A DNA stretch of 64,000 nucleotides. Source: an uncultured Bacteroidales bacterium (GTDB lineage: Bacteria > Bacteroidota > Bacteroidia > Bacteroidales > FEN-979). The stretch covers positions 15,078-79,077 of the forward strand of contig CAJAUM010000070.1 of the NCBI GenBank assembly GCA_903945175.1, written 5' to 3'. Under the pieces are notes generated by a model, which did no database searches, was not told where the DNA came from, and saw only the letters and a program-made list of their open reading frames with translations. This document shows, piece by piece, positions 1-8,381 of the stretch. The first letter of the stretch is position 1. The number at the start of each line of letters is the position of its first letter. The position numbers were made by a program, and so were the translations under genes.

Positions 1-2
1 TG

Positions 3-1895
3 GGATTTGGCACCGGACCTTTACTCATCAGTAAAAATGAATATACCCGCGAAGACCTTCCCCATCTTACGGTGGCCATTCCCGGCCATTTTACCACGGC
101 ACATATGCTGTTCCGGATGTTCGCACGGAGCGTGAAAAAAAAAGAATTCATGTTGTTTTCCGAAATAGAAGATGCCATTCTCAGGGGAGAGGTTGATGCC
201 GGTGTGATCATCCATGAGAATCGTTTCACCTATGAAAAGAGAGGATTAAAAAAAATCGTTGACCTTGGCAGTCACTGGGAGAAACTTACCGGAGCCCCCA
301 TCCCGCTGGGTGGCATTGTTGCCCGGAAAGGACTGGGAGCCGATACCATCGAAAAGCTCAACCGCATCATGCATCGCAGTGTGAAATTTGCATTGGAACA
401 CCCCGAGGTGGCCATGCCTTTTGTGAAACAACATGCTCAGGAGATGGCTGAAGATGTGATGAAAAAACACATTCAGCTGTATGTCAATGAAAATACACTT
501 AAAATCGGAACAGAAGGAAAGGCAGCCATTAAAAAACTTCAAGAGATCGCCAGCGAAATGGGGCTTCTGAGACAATCGAATCTGAAATCTGAATCAATCG
601 AACAAGCGCTCCGATCTGCTATTCTGCAAGGCAGAATACGAAAGGAGGATACTGCAACAATCTTTTATGATCTCACATTTCTTGAAGAACGCATTCGCTA
701 CCTCACCTCATGCTTCCCTCCCGCCACCCTGCATGGATTGGCCATTAAAGCGAATCCCCTATTGCGGATCATGGAACATGTCAGGGGGGTTTCCCCCAAC
801 ATCGGGGTTGAGGCAGCATCGATTGGAGAGGTATCGCTGGCGCTGCAGGCAGGTTACCGGCCCGACCAGATTGTTTACGATTCTCCTGTAAAAACATTGG
901 CTGATCTGGAGTTTGCGCTGAAAACCGGCATCCATATCAACATGGATAATCTTTCAGAACTTGAACGGGTAGATAAAATACGGAATGAAACAAGTACAAC
1001 TGGTGCGGGTAAGTTGGGAGCCTCACAGGAAAGCACCTCTACAATCGGGCTCAGAATAAATCCGCAGGTTGGTTTGGGAACCATTCAGGAATCAAGCGTA
1101 GCGGGTGAATATTCCAAATTTGGTGTTGCAATAAAGAATAACCGGAAGGAACTTGAACATGTGTTCCTCACCTACCCCTGGCTCACGGGAGTCCACCTGC
1201 ATGTAGGTTCACAGGGATGTCCCCTGGGTATGCTGGCCGAAGGAATCGGCCTGTTGTACGATTTCGCCCAGGAGATGAACGAACGGCGCAGTGAAAAGGG
1301 GTTCCCTCACATCTCAATCTTTGATATCGGCGGCGGACTGCCCGTTTCTTATCATTCAGATACGACGCCACCATTGATGGAAGATTACGTCACTGAAATC
1401 CTAAAGCGGGCACCGAAATTATTTGATTCTTTCAGGGTGATCACTGAATTTGGCCGTTGGAGCTATACCAATGCCGGCTGGACGGTCAGTCGGGTTGAAT
1501 ACGTGAAACACGACCCCGGCATCAATACAGCCATGCTCCATGTGGGGGCAGACCTGTTTGTAAGGGAGTGTCTGAATCCAAGAGACTGGCCACATGAATA
1601 CAGCGTGTTTGATCAGGCCGGAAACCTTAGGCAAGGCTGCGACGAGCACCCCTATAACCTGGCCGGGCCGCTTTGTTTTTCAGGGGATATCCTGGCCAAA
1701 GGGGTCATCCTTCCTGAAATAAAAGAGGGTGATTACCTGGTGATACACGACAGCGGCGGATATACCTTTAGCATGTGGTCGCGCTATAACAGCCGCCAAA
1801 CACCCAGGATTTTAGGATATTACAATGATGGTGAGCGTTTTGACCTATTGAAAGAGCGCGAAAGTCTGGAGGAACTTCACAGGTTTTGGAAGTGA
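3..1895 (+). CDS. Fusion of MqnD-like 1,4-dihydroxy-6-naphthoate synthase (5'-truncated by window edge) and fold-III PLP-dependent decarboxylase (LysA/ODC-like)
   Basis: The frame is open from base 3 (GFGTGPLLISK...VAIPGHFTTA...GVIIHENRFTY...DLGSHWE...PIPLGGI...HIQLYVN, MqnD). It continues without a stop into AIKANP (PLP Lys), HLHVGSQ, DIGGG, EFGR, GPLCFSGD and DSGGY. Confidence 0.85.
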   Translation, partial: GFGTGPLLISKNEYTREDLPHLTVAIPGHFTTAHMLFRMFARSVKKKEFMLFSEIEDAILRGEVDAGVIIHENRFTYEKRGLKKIVDLGSHWEKLTGAPIPLGGIVARKGLGADTIEKLNRIMHRSVKFALEHPEVAMPFVKQHAQEMAEDVMKKHIQLYVNENTLKIGTEGKAAIKKLQEIASEMGLLRQSNLKSESIEQALRSAILQGRIRKEDTATIFYDLTFLEERIRYLTSCFPPATLHGLAIKANPLLRIMEHVRGVSPNIGVEAASIGEVSLALQAGYRPDQIVYDSPVKTLADLEFALKTGIHINMDNLSELERVDKIRNETSTTGAGKLGASQESTSTIGLRINPQVGLGTIQESSVAGEYSKFGVAIKNNRKELEHVFLTYPWLTGVHLHVGSQGCPLGMLAEGIGLLYDFAQEMNERRSEKGFPHISIFDIGGGLPVSYHSDTTPPLMEDYVTEILKRAPKLFDSFRVITEFGRWSYTNAGWTVSRVEYVKHDPGINTAMLHVGADLFVRECLNPRDWPHEYSVFDQAGNLRQGCDEHPYNLAGPLCFSGDILAKGVILPEIKEGDYLVIHDSGGYTFSMWSRYNSRQTPRILGYYNDGERFDLLKERESLEELHRFWK

Positions 1896-1900
1896 ACGCA

Positions 1901-1945
1901 TAATCGTGACGCGTGACAGAAAAGCGTGACGCGTGACACGTGACG
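1901..1945 (+). repeat. Intergenic (CGTGACG)n heptamer repeat cluster
   Basis: taatcgtgacgcgtgacag-aaaag-cgtgacgcgtgacacgtgacg lies between two convergent genes. The 17-mer taatcgtgacgcgtgac recurs at 12757. Confidence 0.85.
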
Positions 1946-1948
1946 GGT

Positions 1949-2482
1949 TCAGGTTCCCCGTTCCCCGGCGAACTGATCATCCCTATTCTTAAACAACACA
2001 TTGAAGGTGGTGAGACTTCCGTAAACCCGCGTGATATATTGCTGCATCTCTACCTTTTCCTGATCTGTCAGTTCGCTTGCGTTCAGTTTCTGTTCAAGAA
2101 CGCGAAGCCGGTCGCGTACCATAACGATTTTATGAAAAAAGGTCTCCATGGGCACCTCTTTCTCTTTAAGCCCCGGATCACTTGGATACATTACCAGTCT
2201 CCCTCCGGTCCATTTCGAGCCCAATGGAACTGTCTCCTGGATGTCACTGAAACGCTGGAGCACCCGGATAAGTCCCTTTTCGATTTTTTCATAGGTCACC
2301 AATTCCGAAGGAGTTTCAACAGCTTCTATTGTTTCCATTCCTTCATAATCACGCATGATGATGCGGGTACCATGTTCGATGAATGTGATCTCATACGCGT
2401 CGGAGCGGACCTGAATGACGACCCCTTTGCCAAACTGCGGATGTTTTACCCTGGAACCTATTCCCAACATGATTGCAGCCAT
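1949..2482 (-). CDS. Conserved hypothetical protein with N-terminal SH3-like segment and helical C-terminus
   Basis: 177 aa ORF. LGIGSRVKHPQFGKGVVIQV resembles an SH3/Tudor-like barrel; the C-terminal part contains FFHKIVMVRDRLRVLEQKLN. Confidence 0.7.
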   Translation of the reverse strand: MAAIMLGIGSRVKHPQFGKGVVIQVRSDAYEITFIEHGTRIIMRDYEGMETIEAVETPSELVTYEKIEKGLIRVLQRFSDIQETVPLGSKWTGGRLVMYPSDPGLKEKEVPMETFFHKIVMVRDRLRVLEQKLNASELTDQEKVEMQQYITRVYGSLTTFNVLFKNRDDQFAGERGT

Positions 2483-2565
2483 ATAAAGATGTTTAAAGAT
2501 TGAAAAATCAAGGTGTAAAAATAGGCAAAATGAATCAATTATTATGTTTCCACCTGGTCATTGTG

Positions 2566-2573
2566 TACATTTG
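2566..2573 (+). promoter_or_regulatory. Bacteroidota sigma-A -7 element (TAnnTTTG) for rfaD
   Basis: TACATTTG lies 24 nt upstream of the ATG at 2598. Confidence 0.6.
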
Positions 2574-2597
2574 TGATCGGATTTAATTGCTGGAATT

Positions 2598-3608
2598 ATG
2601 ATTGTCGTCACTGGCGCCGCAGGGTTTATCGGGAGCTGCATGGTAACCAAGCTTAACAACAAAGGGGTTAAGGATATTGTCATGGTTGATGATTTTTCCA
2701 GGACAGAGAAGCATCCGAATATGGCCAATAAAAGTTATCGTGAGAAGGTTGATCGCACGCAGTTCTTCCATTGGCTCAGGATGAATGCAGGCCAGGTTGA
2801 TTTTATATTTCACATTGGCGCCCGTACCGACACCACCGAATTTAACATGGCGATCTTCGATGAGTTGAATCTGAATTACACCAAAGATGTATGGAAATCC
2901 TGTTGTGAATTTGGGATTCCCATGGTTTATGCCTCATCTGCAGCCACCTACGGCGATGGTCTCCTGGGCTATAACGACGATGATCCGGCGCTGAGTTTTC
3001 AGTTGAAGCCCCTCAATCCTTACGGCATATCCAAAAATGAATTTGACAAGTGGGCTTTGCAGCAAACCCATACACCCCCGCGTTGGTGCGGGCTTAAATT
3101 CTTTAATGTATTTGGACCCAACGAATATCATAAGGGAAGAATGGCCTCCGTTGTTTTCCATGCGTTTAATCAGGCGGTGGGTGGGATAAACGGGCAGGCT
3201 GAAAAGCAAAAAAACGGCCAAACGGAGGGCATTGTAAAGCTGTTCAGGTCGCATAATCCTGATTATCCCGATGGCGGGCAAGTTCGTGACTTTATCTATG
3301 TAAAGGATGTGGTGGATGTGATGTATTTCCTGATGAACCAACCCGTTGATTCAGGTATCTACAACCTCGGCACTGGCAGGGCAAGAACATTTCTGGATCT
3401 TGCGAATTCAGTCTTTGCTGCCTTGAATTTACCAGCCGCCATTCAGTTTATTGATACGCCCATGGATATCCGTGACAAGTACCAGTATTTTACCGAAGCC
3501 CGCATGGAAAAACTCCGCCTGGCCGGTTACGTTAAACCATTTTACACACTTGAAGAAGCAGTTGAAGAGTATGTACAAGGGTTTCTGGTGGATGGCATCC
3601 ATTATTAA
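2598..3608 (+). CDS. rfaD: ADP-L-glycero-D-manno-heptose 6-epimerase
   Basis: MIVVTGAAGFIGS, HIGARTDTTE, YASSAATYG, PLNPYGISK (YxxxK), FFNVFGPNEYHKGRMASV, RDFIYVKD. Confidence 0.92.
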   Translation: MIVVTGAAGFIGSCMVTKLNNKGVKDIVMVDDFSRTEKHPNMANKSYREKVDRTQFFHWLRMNAGQVDFIFHIGARTDTTEFNMAIFDELNLNYTKDVWKSCCEFGIPMVYASSAATYGDGLLGYNDDDPALSFQLKPLNPYGISKNEFDKWALQQTHTPPRWCGLKFFNVFGPNEYHKGRMASVVFHAFNQAVGGINGQAEKQKNGQTEGIVKLFRSHNPDYPDGGQVRDFIYVKDVVDVMYFLMNQPVDSGIYNLGTGRARTFLDLANSVFAALNLPAAIQFIDTPMDIRDKYQYFTEARMEKLRLAGYVKPFYTLEEAVEEYVQGFLVDGIHY

Positions 3609-3633
3609 TCATTCCGGATTTTATGCACGTTCG

Positions 3634-6549
3634 ATGATGGCAGGAGCAAGGAAGAAGATACTCATTCTGATCATCTTAATCCTTTGCCTGACGATCAGGA
3701 GCACTGCTCAATATTACAGCACCGGCCAGGATCCGGCATCTTTACGCTGGCTGCAGATAAAAACAGCGCGGTACAAACTCATTTTCCCAGGTCAGTTCGA
3801 GAAAAAAGCGCAATATCTTGCCAATATCATGGATATTATCTGCCGAAATGAGACCGCCACCCTCTCGGCTAAAGTTCCACGGATCCCGGTCATCATGCAT
3901 ACACAGTCCGTTACTTCCAACGGACTTACGGTGTGGGCCCCAAAACGAATAGAATTGTATTCATGCCCCCCACAACAAACCTATGCCGAAGAGTGGCTAG
4001 AGCAACTGGCCATTCATGAATACCGCCATGCGGTGCAAATCAGCAAGATCAACCGCGGGTTTTCAAAAGCCCTCTATTATATTTTCGGAGAACAAATCAC
4101 CGGTGGAATTCTCGGGCTATATGTTCCATCATGGTTCCTGGAGGGGGATGCCACCGTTACCGAAACTGCAATGACCAAGACCGGCAGGGGCCGGTCTGCG
4201 CTTTTTGAATGCACACTCAGGGCTCAGATTGTCGAAAAAGGAGCTTACACTTATGATAAAGCCACTTTAGGATCCTATAAAACGTTCACCCCCGACGCCT
4301 ATTCCCTGGGATATTACCTTGTAGGGCAATCGCGGGCCCGTTATGGTCCTGATTTGTGGAATACAACCCTTGACCGTGTTGCCAAATATCCCTTCATGGC
4401 AGTTCCATTCAATAGCGGAATCCATAAAGTAACAGGGATGTGGAAAACGCAACTTTATTCACAATCGCTCAAATCGCTTGACAGTGCGTGGACCCAACAG
4501 TTAAATGCCTCTGATCATTCGCCTCTTCGTGCCATAACCAAGCGTGATCCAAAAAATTATGTGATTTACAACCATCCGATTTTATTAAATGATTCCACGA
4601 TACTGGCTGATAAAGCGAGTATGGACGATGTTGCCCGATTTGTACTTATCGATCGGAAAACCGGAAACGAAAAGATTCTCCTTACACCAGGGCACCATAT
4701 AGGCGGGACCACCTCTATTGGAGGAGACTACCTCGTGTGGTCTGAAATGGAAAGGGATTCCCGATGGTCGAACCGGCAGTATGCCGAAATAAGGATATAC
4801 AATTTTAAAACCCGCAAGCAGCATGAACTGACATGCCAAACCCGATATTTTGCCCCAATTATATCCCAAGACGGGTCAAAGGTTGCAGCCGTTTTTATTT
4901 CCGAAGAGAACCAGTGCTACATCGATATTCTGAATGTCCCCGCTGGCCATCTTGTCAGACGATATCCTATTCCTGCTTATGGCCAGGCCATAACACCAAA
5001 CTGGTCGCCCGATGATACCAGGATCATTTTCACCCTGCTGACCGAAAAAGGAGAAACAGTGGCAACCCTTGATACCACCACGGGTACAATCCGCAACCTC
5101 CTTCCGGAATCCTTTAATGAGTTTTCCGGTCCTGCCTTCTTTTTCAAACAATATATCATCTATAGCGTTGATCATTCCGGTGCCGAAAATATCTATGCAA
5201 TGGATACCCTTACACGTGCCATCTTCAGGATTACTTCAGGGCGCTTCGCCAATTTCGATCCCGACTTTACATCGGATAAAAAGTTTATGATCTGCTCCGA
5301 TTACACCTCCGATGGATTGATGGTCGCTGAAATGCCGATAGATACTGCTGCCTGGTTGCCTTTGCACCAGGTCAACAACCATGCTTACAAATTATATGAA
5401 GTATTGGCAAAACAGGAATGTGCAAATATCCAGGACAGCGTAATTGAACGGAAGATCTATAAAATGAATGCATCTGACAATTATCATCTTGAACAAGATT
5501 CCATCCTTGGAAAAATATACCCAATCCAAAAATATTCGAAATTTCTTAATCTCTTTAACCCACACAGCTGGGCTCCTGTCTCATTCAATTTGTCCAACCT
5601 GACCTTCAAACCAGGTGTGATGGTACTCTCACAAAATGCCCTGAGTACCATGTTTGCCGGTGCCGGATGGGAATATGACATCAATGAACAATCCGGGAAG
5701 TTCTACGCCAGTCTGAGCTACCAGGGATGGTACCCTGAATTCACTCTGCGGTTCGATATCGGAAACAGGGCATCCTACGCACGGTATCATGGAAGCAGTG
5801 AAACCTTCCGGTTTACATGGCAGGAATCAAATTTCACAGCATTGATCAGCATTCCCTGGAATTTCTCTCATGGCAGGTATTCCCGTTATCTGCGACCCGC
5901 TATCGGGACCACCCTTATCGGAATTAACCACAACGCCTCCACCCCTGAGAATTTCAGTTCCGGCCTGATCCAAACCATGGATTACCGGGTAACGGCATCA
6001 CAGAAACTTATTTCAGATCAAAAAGATGTATATCCGCGATTCGGACAATCCATAGATGTAAGCTACAGGCATACCCCGCTTGGCGGCAATGACATGGGGT
6101 CAATCCTGGGAGCTGAAGCCAACCTCTATTTTCCCGGATTGGTCCGACATCAAGGTATCTGGATATATGCAGGATACCAGCAGCGCCATGACAACGACCT
6201 GTTGACCTATTCTTTTTCAAATATCATCTCCTATCCAAGGGGATATATCGGAGCCTATGATGATGATTTACTGAGCATTGGCGTGAATTACACGTTCCCC
6301 TTCTGGTATCCTGATTTTAGTTTCGGATCGGTAATTTACCTGAAACGCCTTAAACTGAATCTTTACTACGATTGGGCCAACGGAAAAAATCCGGGATACC
6401 TGAACGAATATCAATCGATGGGGGGCGAACTTACAGCTGATTTTCATTTTCTGCGGATCGTTGCCCCCATAGAAATGGGCATTCGCAGCGTATACCACCC
6501 CACCACCGGCAATTGGGGATTTGAATTTCTATATTCCATCTCCTACTGA
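3634..6549 (+). CDS. Exported protein: gluzincin-like peptidase domain, TolB/PD40-like beta-propeller, and C-terminal outer-membrane beta-barrel (Omp85-like)
   Basis: Signal peptide after the ATG at 3634/3637 (the ORF-track start 3451 overlaps rfaD). HEYRH...WFLEGDA, then propeller-type repeats (APIISQDGSKVA, TPNWSPDDTRI, DPDFTSD), then amphipathic beta strands ending FLYSISY. Confidence 0.65.
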   Translation: MMAGARKKILILIILILCLTIRSTAQYYSTGQDPASLRWLQIKTARYKLIFPGQFEKKAQYLANIMDIICRNETATLSAKVPRIPVIMHTQSVTSNGLTVWAPKRIELYSCPPQQTYAEEWLEQLAIHEYRHAVQISKINRGFSKALYYIFGEQITGGILGLYVPSWFLEGDATVTETAMTKTGRGRSALFECTLRAQIVEKGAYTYDKATLGSYKTFTPDAYSLGYYLVGQSRARYGPDLWNTTLDRVAKYPFMAVPFNSGIHKVTGMWKTQLYSQSLKSLDSAWTQQLNASDHSPLRAITKRDPKNYVIYNHPILLNDSTILADKASMDDVARFVLIDRKTGNEKILLTPGHHIGGTTSIGGDYLVWSEMERDSRWSNRQYAEIRIYNFKTRKQHELTCQTRYFAPIISQDGSKVAAVFISEENQCYIDILNVPAGHLVRRYPIPAYGQAITPNWSPDDTRIIFTLLTEKGETVATLDTTTGTIRNLLPESFNEFSGPAFFFKQYIIYSVDHSGAENIYAMDTLTRAIFRITSGRFANFDPDFTSDKKFMICSDYTSDGLMVAEMPIDTAAWLPLHQVNNHAYKLYEVLAKQECANIQDSVIERKIYKMNASDNYHLEQDSILGKIYPIQKYSKFLNLFNPHSWAPVSFNLSNLTFKPGVMVLSQNALSTMFAGAGWEYDINEQSGKFYASLSYQGWYPEFTLRFDIGNRASYARYHGSSETFRFTWQESNFTALISIPWNFSHGRYSRYLRPAIGTTLIGINHNASTPENFSSGLIQTMDYRVTASQKLISDQKDVYPRFGQSIDVSYRHTPLGGNDMGSILGAEANLYFPGLVRHQGIWIYAGYQQRHDNDLLTYSFSNIISYPRGYIGAYDDDLLSIGVNYTFPFWYPDFSFGSVIYLKRLKLNLYYDWANGKNPGYLNEYQSMGGELTADFHFLRIVAPIEMGIRSVYHPTTGNWGFEFLYSISY

Positions 6550-6550
6550 T

Positions 6551-6580
6551 ACCCTGACCAGGTCCCCACCCTGACAGGGT
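6551..6580. repeat. REP-like palindromic doublet
   Basis: ACCCTGACCAGGT-cccc-ACCCTGACAGGGT. The second unit is a perfect ACCCTG/CAGGGT palindrome around one base. Confidence 0.45.
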
Positions 6581-6593
6581 AGTGAAAAAAGGT

Positions 6594-6601
6594 TACATTT
6601 G
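6594..6601 (+). promoter_or_regulatory. TAnnTTTG -7 promoter element for the ClC gene
   Basis: TACATTTG lies just upstream of the ATG at 6609. Confidence 0.55.
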
Positions 6602-6608
6602 CAGCAAC

Positions 6609-8381
6609 ATGCTCCCAAAATCAATAACCGGTAAACTCCTGGTATGGCGGTTGCGTCACATCAAACAACGGGAATTTGTATTGATTCTCAGCGTATTGGT
6701 CGGATTTGGCAGCGGGCTCGCTGCGGTGATCCTGAAAAACACCCTCTATTACACCAATTATTTCCTGACCAACGGATTTAGTTACCACGGCATTTATTAC
6801 CTCTACCTCGCTTTTCCATTGATAGGAATCATCCTCACCATCCTGTTTATCAGGTTTGTGGTTAAAGATAACATCAGCCATGGCGTAAGCAAAGTACTTT
6901 ATGCCATTTCAAAAAACAACAGTCAGATCAAACCGCACAACACTTTTTCATCACTGATAGCATGTACGCTTACACTTGGATTCGGAGGGTCAGTCGGTCC
7001 TGAGGCTCCCATTGTACTTACAGGTTCGGCCATCGGATCAAATCTGGCCCGGTTGTTCAGGCTCGATTACCGGACAACCACCCTGATGATAGGCTGTGGT
7101 GCCGCCGGAGCCATTGCCGGGATTTTCGAAGCGCCGATTGCCGGGGCTATTTTTGTGCTTGAAATACTGATGCTTGACCTTACCGTGACAACGCTGATTC
7201 CATTGCTGATCACCACTGTGACGGCCTCTCTGGTGTCGTACCTGCTGATGGGAAATGAGGTGCTGTTTTCGTTCACCCTGAATAGCCCATTTATCCTTCG
7301 TCACATTCCATTCTATCTTTTACTCGGTGTTTTCACAGGGCTGGTCTCTGTATTTTTTATCAGGGGAAGTATTGGCATTGAATCGATTATGAAAAAGGCA
7401 TCTCCTGTGGTACGGATCGGTAGTGCCGGTATTTTACTGTCTGTTCTTATTTTCGCCTATCCATCGTTATTCGGAGAGGGCTATACCATTTTGAAAGAGG
7501 TGATCAATGGCCATGGGGAAGTCATTGGCAACTCAACTTTATTTGGCGCGCTGAAACATAACGATTGGTCATTCCTGGTAATCATCTTCGGCTTGATCAT
7601 CCTGAAGGTGGTTGCCATGGCGCTGACACAGGGCAGTGGAGGCATCGGAGGCACGTTTGCCCCCGCTATTTTTGTCGGAGCCATCTGCGGGTATTTCTTT
7701 GCAAGTCTGCTGAATTCAGTTTTCGGTCTCCATATTTCATATGCCAACTTTGCTTTGGTCGGCATGGCCGGGGTGATGGCCGGGGTGATGCATGCCCCGC
7801 TCACAGCCATATTCCTCATTGCCGAGATTACCGGAGGGTACCTCCTGCTCACCCCGCTCATCATGGTCTCGGCGATTGCCTACCTCACCTCCCACATATT
7901 TGAAAGCCATTCCATTTATACCCGCCAACTGGCTGCCCGAAAGGAGCTGATAACCCATGACAAAGACAAAGCAGTGCTTTCGTTTATGTCGCCCCGCCAA
8001 TTAATCGAAACAAACTTTGCAAGGGTTGATCCCAAGGCCACATTGGGCCAATTGGTAAAAGTAGTCGCTACCGCATCCCGCAATATCTTTCCAGTGGTGG
8101 ATGAAGCGGGCACTTTCTATGGCGTTGTGATGCTTGACAACATCCGTCAGATTATGTTCGACCAGTCAATCTATGAGGTTACCTTCGTAAAGGACCTGAT
8201 GTTTATGCCCGATTATTCCATCCATCCCGATGATTCGATGGACACCGTCATTCAACTCTTTCAACGGAGCGATCGATATAATTTACCCGTACTCGAAAAT
8301 GGGAAATACCTTGGGTTTATCTCCCGGGCAAATGTATTCTCGCAATACAGGGTGTTACTGAAGAAATTTTCAGAGGACTAA
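6609..8381 (+). CDS. ClC-family chloride channel / H+:Cl- antiporter with two C-terminal CBS domains
   Basis: GGSVGPEAP (gating Glu), GAAGAIAGIFEAPIAG, GGIGGTFAP, HAPLTAIFLIAE. CBS pair (IFPVVDEAG, NLPVLENGKYLGFISR). Confidence 0.9.
   Translation: MLPKSITGKLLVWRLRHIKQREFVLILSVLVGFGSGLAAVILKNTLYYTNYFLTNGFSYHGIYYLYLAFPLIGIILTILFIRFVVKDNISHGVSKVLYAISKNNSQIKPHNTFSSLIACTLTLGFGGSVGPEAPIVLTGSAIGSNLARLFRLDYRTTTLMIGCGAAGAIAGIFEAPIAGAIFVLEILMLDLTVTTLIPLLITTVTASLVSYLLMGNEVLFSFTLNSPFILRHIPFYLLLGVFTGLVSVFFIRGSIGIESIMKKASPVVRIGSAGILLSVLIFAYPSLFGEGYTILKEVINGHGEVIGNSTLFGALKHNDWSFLVIIFGLIILKVVAMALTQGSGGIGGTFAPAIFVGAICGYFFASLLNSVFGLHISYANFALVGMAGVMAGVMHAPLTAIFLIAEITGGYLLLTPLIMVSAIAYLTSHIFESHSIYTRQLAARKELITHDKDKAVLSFMSPRQLIETNFARVDPKATLGQLVKVVATASRNIFPVVDEAGTFYGVVMLDNIRQIMFDQSIYEVTFVKDLMFMPDYSIHPDDSMDTVIQLFQRSDRYNLPVLENGKYLGFISRANVFSQYRVLLKKFSED

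Noticed and set aside
3451-3633. ORF-track N-terminal extensions (also 14749-14865, 29483-29551, 32390-32461, 36546-36614, 38261-38326, 42714-42791)
   Set aside because: They overlap neighbouring genes or promoter boxes; downstream starts fit signal peptides or family N-termini better.
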